Of a stretch of 64,000 nucleotides of DNA, positions 42,948 to 57,137 are shown piece by piece. How positions within the stretch are numbered: position 1 is the first letter of the stretch; the number at the start of each line of letters is the position of its first letter. The stretch spans positions 230,144,001 through 230,208,000 of the forward strand of contig OZ024743.1 in assembly GCA_964016885.1 (NCBI GenBank). Reading direction: 5' to 3'. Position numbers and translations under genes: made by a program. This DNA is from Eledone cirrhosa (lineage: Eukaryota). Below the pieces are notes generated by a model. That model had not been told where the DNA came from and made no database searches. It worked only from the letters and a program-made list of their open reading frames with translations.

Positions 42948-43463
42948 ATGCATATAAATGTAAAAAAAACCATGAGTATACCACCAGTACATCAAACTAA
43001 CCATAATATCTCCTCCGATACAGGATTCACGAAAAGTTGTAACTGTAGAAACAAGGCAAACTGTCCATTAAAAGGAAATTGCCTTGTTAATAACATAGTA
43101 TATAAATGTAAAGTTAACACTAAGGACTCAATTTATTCATATATAGGAGCTACCTCTAACACATTTAAGGTAAGATTTAATACCCACAAACATAGTTTTA
43201 AAAATGCCGCACTAGCTAATACAACATCTCTAGCTGAAATAATTAATAGTTATAGAAAGAGGAATATAGAATATGACCTGACCTGGAGTGTGCTCAAAAG
43301 GGCCACCCCTTATCAAAATAGTAGAAATGAATGTAGATTATGTTCCCAAGAACTTTTTGAAATAATTAAATCTAAGGATATCCTATTAAATAAGCGACAG
43401 GAATTAATAATATCGTGTAATCATAAACTGAGAAAAACCTTTAAATATTATAAACCTAATTAA
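42948..43463 (+). CDS. GIY-YIG endonuclease domain of a PLE (fragment)
   Basis: CNCRNKANCPLKGNCLVNNIVYKC...YIGATSNTFKVRFNTHKHSF...CRLCSQE...LLNKRQE...CNH. Confidence 0.9.
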   Translation: MHINVKKTMSIPPVHQTNHNISSDTGFTKSCNCRNKANCPLKGNCLVNNIVYKCKVNTKDSIYSYIGATSNTFKVRFNTHKHSFKNAALANTTSLAEIINSYRKRNIEYDLTWSVLKRATPYQNSRNECRLCSQELFEIIKSKDILLNKRQELIISCNHKLRKTFKYYKPN

Positions 43464-43900
43464 TATACACTTTAGAAATTAATATATAAATTATTTTTAA
43501 TTTAGATAACCTATAATTAATATTCTACTACTGATGAACTACATAATTCTGCTTTAAATATTATAAACCTAATTAATATACACTTTAGAAATTAATATAT
43601 AAACTATTTTTAATTTAGTTAACCTATAATTAATATTCTACTACTGATGAACTACATAATTTTGCTTTCCTTCTTACAAATATCATTTCCTAAAACTGAT
43701 ACCATTAAGTAAACATATATAATGCTTTAACTTCAGGTTATGACTCTATGTTCCTTGAAAACTATATATATTTATTATTTCTCACTAATAAATTTAATCC
43801 CCACCCCCAATAATTATATGTATATACAAGTGTGTATGTGTGTGTATATATATGTGTATGTATGTATATATGCATGTATATATGTATATATATATATATA

Positions 43901-43983
<83 letters not shown>

Positions 43984-44017
43984 ATGTGTGTGTGTGTATA
44001 TGTATATATATGTATAT

Positions 44018-46380
44018 ATATTGTTATACTTTGGGAGGGTCATGTTGCCAATAAGAAACACACGCACCAGTTGCTTTCACTTCAATTTATTATATATTTA
44101 TAAATTTATAAATTTACAAATCTACAAATTTATAAATTTCTGGTTGGTTGGTTGGTTCCACAACCAGATAGTTGTTTATATATAGTCTTAGTCCTTTCCT
44201 CACACACTCTGTCACCTCTTTAGTGACTGGGGATTCCTATCTTTGTTTCTGTGCCTTTCCTTTCTTCTGTCCTACGCCATTTTGTTTCTGTGTGTGTGTT
44301 GTGTGCTCAGTTTGCGCATGCGCCACATCCGGGTGTCTATGTGTGTTTGTGTTCATTTATCTATTTGTTTATTTATTTACATGTTATTGGTTTGTTGTTT
44401 GTTCTATGTGTGTGTGTGTTTTCATTTTGTCCTTAATTGTAAGTTGTGATGTTGCTGTTCCACTCATATTTTCAATTTAATTTTGGTTGTAATTATTTTA
44501 TGTTTATTGCCTCTGTAATTTGTCTAAACATTGCATCTTTTCTGTGTATAGATTCTATTTTTATTTCTATGTTCTCTAATTTACCCTTGTGTTCTATCTT
44601 AGCATGTTGGTAGAGTACAGATGATTCTTTATTATCTTGAAGGTCTCGCCAGTGTTCATTTATCCGTTCCCCTATACTACGAGCTGTCTCACCTATGTAC
44701 ACTATATTTTTGTTTCTACATTGTCCTTCAGTACATCTTATGCTATACACTACTTTTCTAGTTTTACAGTTAATATGTACTCCCGCTACGTAGATGATAT
44801 AAACATCGTAGTTAAGACACCCCCACTAGAGAACAGTCAGGAACTAGAGAAAAACACAATGGAAAGCATCCAGCAAATAGCAAACTCCATCCACCAGAGC
44901 ATTAGAGTTACTATAGACTACCCAAGTAGACACCCCAACCATCGATTACCTGTACTAGACACAGAGCTCTGGTTAGATACCATTAACAACCAAAAACAAA
45001 TCCTCCATTCCCATTATGCCAAACCCATGACTTCCAAACATCTGATCCACCGAAACTCGGCCATTTCGGACCATACCAAAATCAACATACCGATTGCGGA
45101 TTTTGTACGGGTGATGAGAAATGTGTCCCGCATGTGCAACCCCGAAGAACTAGAGAGACACATACAACACTTCATCCACCGTATGCAGTTCTCTGGCTAC
45201 AATCAAAGAGATAGAATCAGAGTGTATAGAGGAGCCAGAACCAAATGGGAAAAAGTGGTAAATAATGACATAAATGGGACCTGCCCCTTGTATAGGAGCA
45301 AATTTTGGAATAGAATAGAAAGAACTAGGAACAAGGCCAATAGAATAAACTCATGGTATGATAGCAATAAATACCAGAGTGTAATGTTCATCGATACAAC
45401 CCCTAGAGGCGAACTAGCCTACAAATTTAGAAGGGCCCTAAATAAACATAAACTCAATATTAAGATAGTAGAAAGACCAGGTACCTCCGTAAAAACACTT
45501 ATTAGCAAGACATACCCGTTCCAAAGACCCTCATGTATAGATAAGAAATGTATAACCTGTAAAATAAGCCCCCATATTAACTGTAAAACTAGAAATGTAG
45601 TGTATAGCATAAGATGTACTGAAGGACAATGTAGAAACAAAAATATAGTGTACATAGGTGAGACAGTATAGGGGAACGGATAAATGAACACTGGCGAGAC
45701 CTTCATGATAATAAAGAATCATCTGTACTCTACCAACATGCTAAGATAGAACACAAGGTTAAATTAGAGAACATAGAAATAAAAATAGAATCTACACACA
45801 GAAAAGATGCAATGTTTAGACAAATTACAGAGGCAATAAACATAAAAGAATTACAACAAAAATTAAATAGAAAATATGAGTGGAACAGCAACATCACAAC
45901 TTACAATTAAGGACAAAATGAAAACACACACACACATAGAACAAACAACCAACCAATAACATGTAAATAAATAAACAAATAGATAAATGAACACAAACAC
46001 ACACAGACACCCGGATGTGGCGCATGCGCAAACTGAGCACACAACACACACACAGAAACAAAATGGCGTAGGACAGAAGAAAGGAAAGGCACAGAAACAA
46101 AGAAAGGAATCCCCAGTCACTAAAGAGGTGACAGAGTGTGTCCGGAAAGGACTATGACTATATATAAACAACTATCTGGTTGTGGAACCAACCAACCAAC
46201 CAGAAATTTATAAATTTGTAGATTTGTAAATTTATAAATTTATAAATATATAATAAATTGAAATGAAAGCAACTGGTGCGTGTGTTTCTTATTGGCAACA
46301 GGACCCTCCCAAAGTATAACAATATCGGTTTCAACACACGATTTCAGATAAAGAATCCTGCTAAACAAATTCAGAGACGA
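44018..46380 (+). mobile_element. Nested 5'-truncated PLE (related to 10348-14946) with ~750-bp inverted 5' segment
   Basis: ORF part 44775-45671: YSRYVDDI ... YIGET. Arms 44018-44772 / 45579-46325. Inserted in (TA)n. HHR-like motifs at 46115-46159 (+) and 44184-44228 (-) have a CTAAAGA core. Confidence 0.92.
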
Positions 46381-47127
46381 AATATGTATATATATATATA
46401 TAAGTGTATATATATATATATAAATATATATGTGTGTATGTGTATATATATCTATATATATATATATATAAGTGTATATATATATATATATTATTTTTAT
46501 ATTCTTTTAATTTCCCCTCATCTTTAACAGCACTTTTCAACTGCATCTAACTCTTATTTATCATATCTATATGTATTAGTATAATTTTATCAATATAAAT
46601 ATACCCATCAATTAAATTAATTTGTATTATTTTCATAGATGTATTTTTTTCACTAACATTCTTATCTTAAAACTTTAGTCACCTTAGATATTTGTATTGG
46701 CATTACTATTTTATAACAGCAACTGCTTGTATACCTTTTACTGACCACCTGACCTATTTTCGCCCCTAAAATAAGCTTCAATTACTACTATTTTACCATT
46801 TGGCCAATTATTAACTTTCTATTGGTTAATTCTAAACCTCTTACCAAACAGACAGAATATATTAGATCTTTGTTGGTTTTATCCAATGAACAAATAAAAT
46901 TATTTCTGAGGTCAGCATAAGACCTATTTCTTCCCTAAAATAATCCTCCATTCAAAATATTCTTTTCCATCCAAAACTGAAATCTACCTTCCTCTACCCA
47001 TAATTTAAGGTTCTTCTACTACTATATTACTATCTTGACCCTCACTATCTCTCTATTGGTCAATTCAAAACCTGTTCCCAAACAGACCTATTGTATTGAA
47101 TCTTTGTTTTTTTCAATAAACAAATAT

Positions 47128-47267
47128 CATTATTTCTGAAGACAGCATATATATGTGTAGGTATGTATATTCCCTCTGATAGTTTGTATAAATATTGTAC
47201 ATAGATCTATAGAATATGCATACCAACTCTAACACATATATATCCTAGAAACGATCGTAAAATGATG
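47128..47267 (+). ncRNA. Hammerhead with 8-bp stem I and ~105-nt expanded stem II; mirror copy 42413-42552 (-)
   Basis: cattattt-CTGAAGA-[atatatatgtgt..ggtatgtatattc...gaatatgcatacc..acacatatatat]-GAAA-cgatcg-TA-aaatgatg. Confidence 0.8.
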
Positions 47268-48122
47268 AATTTGTTTAATATAAGGAACTGTTTCTTTGTT
47301 TATTCATTATTTTATTAATTTATCTTGACTCTGTTTTCCGTTTATTTTTCACCGAAAGTAGTTTTTGAATGCATCTTCTCTTTTCATGATATCCGGATTA
47401 CATTGAGTTCTTCATACGGATTGGACACTACCGTAAACTTTTGGTAGATTTATCTTTATATATATATATATATATATATGTTTATGACAGTTGAAACTTA
47501 AGTGTATTGTCAACATATTAAATAAAATTGAGGGACCAAACTATATACCAATGAGGTGATTAGTTTCCAGGAATATTCATCTCACATCCCTCCACACGAA
47601 ACAGGATACAGAAACAGATAATAAGACTGAACCTCCAATATATATATAATATATATATATCATACGAGGTAAAGGGAATACGGACAGTATACCCATAAAC
47701 TAGACAACAATGTTTGTGAGTAACCAATAACAGGAAGTTATTTAAAAAAATCTAAAGATTTGTATGTTAAAATAATTTTACCTGATCTGGAATAAAATGG
47801 AGACTTCATTTCTTCGTTATCAAATTTATAAAATTTTCTAGTTTAATGAACGCATGCGAATGCGTACGTTTTTGTGTTCAAAGCGTGCACATGCATACAC
47901 ATTCACACCTATATAGGTCTGTGTGTGTTATGTAAACACACTCATACACACACATACATATATGACTGTTTATGTATGTGTATGTATATATGTGTTCGTA
48001 TGTACGTACATGTGTGTGTCTGTGGGTATAAGAGTATGTGTATGCACGTGTGTGTTTGTGTATAGGTACGTACATATATAGTGAGTGAGTATGCATGTGT
48101 ATTTCTGTGAATGCGTGTGTGT

Positions 48123-48214
<92 letters not shown>

Positions 48215-50279
48215 GTGCATAAGTGGAGTGGAAGGTAGGCAGACGAACAAGTAATGCAGACAGAAACATGCTTGAAATCACTAACGACAGTTAGGAATTC
48301 ATTTCTGATCAGTTGAATGTGCACATATCATCAGGCCACGCATGCAGACTGCAGAGGATAAGTAGGAGCCTGAAGAGGCGGAGGAGGAAGGGGAGGATCA
48401 AGGAGAAAAGAATGAGTAGAAGGGGCAAAGCGAATGATTAGACAAGAGAGGAAAATGCGGGGAGAAGAAAATGGAAAGTAAAAAAAAAAAGATATTTTTG
48501 TGTGTGGTGAGGTAGCCATTTGTAGTAGATGGGTGGTGAAAATATGCAACAACACGTGTGACGATGAAGTTAACACAAAAGCCGTGTTAGGTCTGATGGT
48601 TGGGTAGTGGAGATGTGGAAGTTGAGTTCTGGATTGAGATGTACGGTTAAATGTTTGGCTGGCAGGGTTAAACGTACGCCCTCTCCCTTTCTCTCTCTCT
48701 CTCTCTCTTCCTTTCGAAGCCAGCCAATACCAACTCCACTCCACAAACTATCAACATACCAATCCAGCTATTACCATTAACCCCCGAAAGATCTGGCTTT
48801 GAAGCTACCATCCAGCACTGCAATCACGTCCACTACCATCAACACACCTCACCGCCACCATTAAGTCTTGTTTGACATGACTTAACAATGGCGTTCACGA
48901 AATATTAACCAAACCTAGCACGTTTTCTTCCGCCCACCTCACCTCTATTCACGCTGATACAACCGCTAACATTACGCTCGAGCTTGAGCCATCTCCGTTA
49001 TATGCACCACCATAACTACACCCCACAACCAAAACCCCGTAACAACTTCCACTACCAAAACCAACACCACTAAAGACAGCACCATCACAACCAATATTGC
49101 AACCATTGATACACTGAACAACTTACTAACACTATCAACACTGCCATCAACACCACCATCATTGTAATGAGTACAGCAGCCCCCCCCCCCACACTACTCT
49201 CAGTCCTCTCTAAGTATGTTACTAGTACTAACATGAAACATGTTAAATCGACATCCCCAACAAGTTCAATAAAATTAACCATTATAATTATCATCACCGT
49301 CATATTTATTATCGATATCCCCCACATCCTACTCCTCTTCATTATCATCATCATTCTTATCATCAATATCATCCGAATCAGATAACGAGACAGACTTAAA
49401 GTAGTCATTAGCCTGTCAAATATACTCAAACCACGCCCAACTGTCATAGGAATGGTGATTTTGTTTACATTGACCTTGTCAGTGGAGTGTTCATGGGTGA
49501 CTTAGCGTTTAGAGTGCTCGATTCACGGCTACAAGGTCATGGGCTCGATTCCTGGTGGCATGTTATGTCTTTGAGCTAGACACACTATTTCACATCACTG
49601 CAGTTCACTCCGCTAGAATTAATGAGGATTACCTGTAATTCAGATGTCACACACTCTATTACATTGAATCCTCATAACAACTACATTTAGGGTACACGAG
49701 TCAGCGGAATGTTCACCCACTTGCCCTTTAAATTCCTGAGTAGACTCTTCGCCTTCTTAAATCAAATGGAATTGCCGTCTTCGAAATCTAAGGTGGTTGA
49801 ACACACAAACTTAACGCTCCCTCCACAAACAAAGATACTCACACATTTTCTAAAAGATAATTTCTAGGCTTAATGTTGTTACAATTTGTATTCCTGTTAA
49901 TGTTTTCATTGTTTACCACGTTGAACATTACTAGGCTGCAAATTGCTAATGTTTGCGAAAAATTAGGCGTAGTGGAGTCAGGTTTCATTTGAAATTATTT
50001 AAGCTGAAAGAATATTGTGTTTTTCGTTTTCTTAAAGTGATTGATATATTATGACGAATGAGAATTATAAAATGGTTTTGTGTTTGGTTCTCATTAATAT
50101 ATCATTGATAATTTAAAAAAGGACTAATTAGATCTTTTCAACCTATGATTGTTTTGTAGTGATGAAAGAATACAGAGCGTACATGTCACCAAAATCTTTC
50201 AAATTTCATCTCTTATGTTCTCAGAATTGAATATATAATAAGAGGTCTTTGTTAAATTAGAAGAGCATCCAATTAAATA

Positions 50280-51110
50280 CCATACAATTATTTACTTCCC
50301 ACTCCTGCCATTCTGTGTTCAAATAACGCTCTGGTTGCCTTTGCTGTTATCATAACCCGCTAAGGGCTATATTGTTCTGAAATAGAGGTCAGAATGGTGT
50401 TGCAGATGTTTTTAGGTTAGCAGTGTCTTGTGTCTCTTGTTAAATATCTGTCCGGTTGTACTCCTTTTGGGTCAGAGTTCTGCCTGTGTCCTTCTATAAG
50501 AATGACATTTACCTCTCCCTTATGTCTGTTTAGTAACACTGTTAGCAGTACTTTATTAGTTATTGGGCTGTGTATTTAGACAAATAAATATATAGATTTG
50601 GCAGAATCTTAAGTTGCCTTCTTGAGAATGGGCATCTTCAATTATTGGGCCCAAGTTTAGGCTATTTCTTCGTTTAACATATATTCCGACAGATGACTTT
50701 CATTCTCTTGATATGTTTTGTCCCTCCATATTTTAGGAGATCTAATGAGAATTTTTCCAGTATCCCCATATTTTCTATTTTAGCAAGCCGAATAGTCTAG
50801 GATATTGATGTCATGTCTTAATTTGTATTTATAAAGTTCTTCGCAATACACATGCCATCTTTCGATAACACCAGTCTCGTCTATGAACAAGGCTGTTTTG
50901 TCCTCAATGATAGTGGTGAGATTTTGCTTTGATTTTGTTAGAATTTTGAGGGCTGCTGCCCCTTGATCCCACCTTCAACTTTTATGCACTGGCCTATTAT
51001 CCATATTTCTTTGGCTGCTTTCATTTACTTTCCCAACATTCCTATTCACAGGGTTGTGTTACTGACCTGGCTCCTGAGAGGTTTCCTGCTCTTCCTTATC
51101 TCCCATCTTA
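50280..51110 (-). pseudogene. Heavily decayed RTE-clade LINE RT fragment
   Basis: Manual minus-strand translation gives VIERWHVYCEELY, KKGNL..C, KVLLTVLLNR and RSTTGQIF remnants. Confidence 0.6.
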
Positions 51111-52324
51111 AATCACACTTCAGAACCTCTAAAGGTGTTTCAGGAATTGTTTACTTGATAAGGACATATCTTCTAGAACTTTGAAGGTTGCAAACAAACC
51201 AACTACGTTCGTTTCAAACAATGCTACATTAGGAACTTTTGGTTTGTTTACACCAAACGTAATGCCAGTAGCTCCTCTCTTACGGATCATTTTCAGCTCA
51301 AGCGTCAGTGTCATCAAAACAAAATCATGATCATTCTTGGCAAACTAAGGCAATTCCCATTTCTCACCTTACTGATAATGGATTTGAACTTGTAATTTGA
51401 ATTTAAACCTGTGAATTAGTTCGCCAATACCATACATGTTTGATTCCTTAACGATTAAAGTGTGCAATTTACGATCTTAGTGTCATGTGTTCGGCTCCCA
51501 GTATCGCGTTGGTGAGAAAGTCACTTTATTTCAGAACTCTGTAGCTCACTCAGCTGGAAGAAATAGCCATATCCATAATTCAAAGAGCCAGCATTATGTC
51601 CTGTTAAATCACCATTAGAACTCCGTTAAATGTAGACGTGTCTAGAAGGGCAACTACTTGCATGTTGATTTTATGAGCAGGTGGTTCCATTGGTCAAATA
51701 ATTGGAGCACTCTTCGTCGGACCCGACGGAAATCCAATATGTATGCTTGTCTATTTAGATTCCACCGTAATTTGTTTTTGCATTTGTCTAGTTTCAGATA
51801 AACTTTGATACAACACTCCGACTGTGATCAAAGACATTCCAGCTGTCTTTTTTTATCGACTCTAGTGTATCTACGACTACATTATCCAATATGCCCTTCC
51901 CATTTTAAGATAGCCAAACGATGGAATCGTTAAGGCTGGTATGCTTTTGATCTTTTGATCATATAGGTTCTCTCGATCAGGCTGACATAGGTCTAAAAAT
52001 CAACTATAACAACAACAACAACCATGATGATTTAACTCATGGCACCACAAGTATTATTGAAGAAAAATATTGAGCAAGTCACTTGCGAATAATTTCCATA
52101 TCTTCCATATTTCTGCGATGAAATATGTTTTCTTTTTTTCGAGTCAACAAAGTTATCGTGATCAGAAATAATATATTTCTCCAGGTTCTCGAGAAGACTT
52201 TAAAACCTCGAACTTTTATTCATTCTTTATCTCTTTTTCTCTTGTTAGAAAAACATAAACAAATTTTGCAATGTGAAAATAAAACCCCAAAACGTTTGAA
52301 TCATTGGCAGATTGTCATATATAG

Positions 52325-52397
<73 letters not shown>

Positions 52398-52423
52398 CCT
52401 CTCTCTCTCTCTCTGTATACGCA

Positions 52424-52476
<53 letters not shown>

Positions 52477-52554
52477 GCACATATATATATATATACTTAT
52501 ATAATACTAATAATAAGAATAATATGTTATATATGTATATGATTTTGTGTTTGC

Positions 52555-52595
<41 letters not shown>

Positions 52596-54459
52596 GTGTA
52601 ATACATAACAGGTTATTAAAATAATGTCAATTGAGATTTTTAGACTGGTTTTCAGACTCCGACATTTTCTCTGCAAAAAAATAAAATCACCCTCAGATAA
52701 GTAATTTGTCAACTGTCATATGAAAGAGAGGGTTCATATATTTTTTAGTATGCGGACGTCAGTAATTTTTAGTATGCGGACGTCTATGTTGATCCATGCA
52801 CATGTTATACTAGTGTGTTTAAAGTATGACACTACTTACCCGTAAAAGTTCACTGCTAGTGCTATAAATTATTTAAACTTAAGTCCAACGTTTCATCGAA
52901 GAGAGATGGAATGTTTATTGGTAGTAATAAAGTAAAAAAGTAAAAGTGTATAGAAATTGATAGTTAGTAATAAGAGAGAAAAATAGAGCATGAAGCGGAA
53001 GTTTATATCATGAGTTCAAATTTGCATTTGGTAATTCCTTCTGTTTCTGGGTAAAAACCTGTTGTTTTCTTTCATTCATTGCATCTATTTGCGTATATAT
53101 CGAGAAAAGTGTTCTCTTCACACCAAAACCTATTAGTACTCCTGAACAGCCCACCTCTAAAATCTCCAAACAAGGAGAAATGAGGCAAAATGGGGTGATT
53201 TTACTTAATGAATGCAACACCCATTTTTACCAGAGAAGACATCTCTCACCCACTTTGAGGTGGGTGGGTGATCTCCCCGCAGGACGGAGAGTGTTGACAA
53301 GTCTGGTTATCACACATTACTTTAACATGACACACCAATATTTTCCTTATCGTTTTCAAGCTTATTTATTTATTACCTATCCTCAAGTATGTTCCGGTTC
53401 TATTTCTAGAGCTACGTTATTCCATGCGTAATGTCTTTGTGAAGATGTTTATCCGCCATTTGGAGCTATATGGGTTGGTAGGTGAATCATGTAGGTCTCT
53501 CCTCATTGAAATTGGAATCTCTATGAACGGCTGGTATAAGATTCGTGGTAAATTCATCAAGAAATATAATACATCTATAATGAACTGGATATCCTTCGTA
53601 GTTACTGATCAAAAGGTCAGCGAATCTAATTCAGGCAGCACAATTCCTACTTTTTTCAAGTGCTCTACCGATTCTGCCATCTATTGTGATTTTGACGAAA
53701 TAAATATGCATAAATATTAGGGGGGCGATTCATTCGACTAAATTACGAGTTTAGAGTCTTGGGTCTTTGTCTATCTTTGGAGAAGGAGGAAGTGTGAGAG
53801 TGAGAATATCAGAGGGAAAGAGACACTTAGCGAGAGAGTGATAGGAAGACCGAGAGAAAGAAAGAATGTGGTTCCGTCACTTTGCTTATAGGCATTTGGA
53901 TAATTCATGATATTGTAAATATCGTTGAAAACGGATATTTAGCAGAGTTAATAGCATATCTGATACAGTGCCTTATACGTGTTTATCCGGCTGACTGATT
54001 TTGAATTCAAATCTAGCCGAAATTAATTTACCTTTCATCACTTCGAGAAGAATAAATAAAACACCAATTCCGTACTCTGATCAATTATTTTCTTCTGTTT
54101 CCATCTCATTTCTATAGAACTATCTGCAGTACACTGTGAGAGGGTTAAAGGGAGACCACAGACAGTGACTAAAAATAGATGGAAAACTCTAGCGATACAA
54201 TCAACATTTCTGTGGGAAGTTTGGAAGGGCTTGCCGAGCTGTAAGAGTTGGTGGTGGCAGGCGAATTTTGCTATTGCAAACTATTACTAATTCTGGATTT
54301 TATCATTTAGTTACTTCTTTAAATCATTTTACTCAAAGCAGCTAAGATCATGCGCGAACACTAACTTAATTCGTTGAACGAAGGCATCACATATCCATAT
54401 ACACAAAGGACTGAGTGGCACAAACACGATGGTGTCGATGAAATATAATTATGTACTTT

Positions 54460-54718
54460 TTTCTAATTTTGGCACAAGGCCAGCAATCATTTCAGGGCAT
54501 TACTGGTACTTTATTTTATCGACTCCGTAAGGATGAAAGGCAAAGTTAACCTCGGCGGGATATATTAAGGATTTATTCCAACATGTTGCGTGAATATTTT
54601 GAAACGTATCTTTGCTCTATTATAACTTTGCCTTTCATCCTTGCGGAGTCGAAAAAATAAAGCACCAGTAATACACTGGGATAAATGGTGGCCTTGTGCC
54701 AAATGTAGAAACAATTAT
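54460..54718. mobile_element. Two 5'-truncated SINE halves in inverted orientation
   Basis: 54460-54560 (-) and 54623-54718 (+), both of the 32712 family. Confidence 0.75.
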
Positions 54719-54911
54719 ATTAATAGATATTAAACATGATAGTTTTCATATATTTTGAGTTCTCTTTTTAATCGCTTTGATTAATAGAAATATTTTCGAC
54801 ATGTTTGCAAGTCATGTATCCCTATGCTCAATATACACCCCCCTCTCGCTCACTCTCTATCTCTCTATGCCTACATACGCATACATACACAAATACATAC
54901 ATACATACATA

Positions 54912-55354
54912 TGTAGCGAAATCTGTCCACACCTTGAACCCTGGGTGACACAGAGAGGTCAAATTCCGGGTTACCTCTTTTCGGCGTAAACAAGTTCATG
55001 CGTGGGTGATCCCTCGAGGCGGGAAACAGAAAACGACAGGTATAAAAAGCCTGTATCAGACCAAGGAAAAAAGAGCTCGGAGCAGTACACGAGAGAATAG
55101 CTATGCAAAACATTCACCTATAACTACAGGCACTTGAGGTCTACAGACTTCTACAAACCTTTACTCCCTCTCTCCAGGTCGACGGCTTCTCACCTTCTCT
55201 GGCCACAGCATCATGAAGCAACGTCAAAAACATCTTCAACCGTTATAAGTCTTAGTAACCTATTCTTTGTTCATTTATCAAGTGAAGTAAATCTTTTATA
55301 TCCAAAGTAAACCAGCTATTCGTGTTATATCTTCTACTAACCAGTTTCGCTTCA
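54912..55354 (+). mobile_element. Solo LTR (443 bp)
   Basis: Begins TGTAGCGAAA and ends TTTCGCTTCA. CATA flanks both sides (TSD ambiguous within the CATA repeat). TATAAAAA at ~55041. Confidence 0.65.
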
Positions 55355-55380
55355 CATACATATATACATTATATATATAT

Positions 55381-55453
<73 letters not shown>

Positions 55454-55556
55454 AATATATATATATATATGCGTGTGTGAGTGTGTGTGTGTGAGATTCT
55501 TGATGATTTCTCACGAATGAAACAGTTCTAGTCCTGTAGAATCTCTTCTATATTAA

Positions 55557-55595
<39 letters not shown>

Positions 55596-55604
55596 AAAAA
55601 GAAA

Positions 55605-56186
<582 letters not shown>

Positions 56187-56342
56187 ATGTATAATAAACA
56201 ATACAATATAATTACCTCATTACCAGAGGTTTCCCGAATAAGAATTGCCTTGTCCGACGAAAGATTGAGGAGGTTTTTCGTATTCGTCTTAGGGAAATCT
56301 CTGGTAATGAGGTATTTATATTGTATTATTTATTATACATTA
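56187..56342. repeat. Small fold-back element with a partial HHR 3' half
   Basis: Arms 56187-56236 / 56292-56342; GAAA-cc tct gg-TA on the minus strand. Confidence 0.6.
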
Positions 56343-56382
56343 AATGTTGCTCTGGTACTTACATAGAGCACTCTTTTCTCCT

Positions 56383-56569
56383 ACGTGGGAGAGGGAAGTC
56401 ACAGCGTGTTTAAGGGCAGTGAACCATTGGCCTCTGAGGGACGAGCTGCTAGAAAGTGCAGCCCAAAACCACTCAGAGAAGTGGTGCTCAACCAAACAGA
56501 GAAAGAGGAGAAAGACTGTTATAAGGAGCGAAATATCACGATACATTCACGGAGCCATAGACTCTCGCC

Positions 56570-56625
<56 letters not shown>

Positions 56626-57077
56626 AATAAAGTTAAATAAAAAGTCAAATGTTTAAAATGTATCTTCGTTTATTACTGCAATATATATTTCAGTGACAGC
56701 CATCTTTGGCTGTGCCCTCTTCAGGCAGTCCGAATTAGTGTGGTATAGACAAGTACATATGTTGTTGAGGTGTATGATTTTGTCAATACTCTGATATACC
56801 CAGTTCCTGGTTGGGTTGTTATTTCACTGAGGAACTGGAATCATATGATTCTGGAATCATATGATTCCAGTTCCTCAGTGAAATAACAACCCAACCAGGA
56901 ACTGGGTATATCAGAGTATTGACAAAATCATACACCTCAACAACATATGTACTTGTCTATACCACACTTATTCGGACAGCCTGAAGAGGGCACAGCCAAA
57001 GATGGCTGTCACTGAAATATATATTGCAGTAATAAACGAAGATAAATTTTAAACACTTGACTTTTTATTTAACTTTA

Positions 57078-57137
<60 letters not shown>

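Larger units (their letters stand above)
42359..47321 (+). mobile_element. 5'-truncated Penelope/Poseidon-type PLE with inverted ~590-bp 5' segment, interrupted by a nested PLE
   Basis: Arms 42359-42947 / 46731-47321 are almost identical. GIY-YIG ORF 42948-43463; ~113-bp tandem duplication 43440-43667. Confidence 0.85.

Noticed and set aside
44637-44774. N-terminal part of the 344-aa ORF as a novel domain
   Set aside because: It is the antisense read of the inverted GIY-YIG arm, in frame by chance.
52742-52784. 24-bp tandem duplication tttttagtatgcggacgtc as a transposon end
   Set aside because: No matching second terminus or transposase found.
53340-53720. Coding-looking stretch (ORF 53424-53720)
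   Set aside because: No recognisable motif on either strand.
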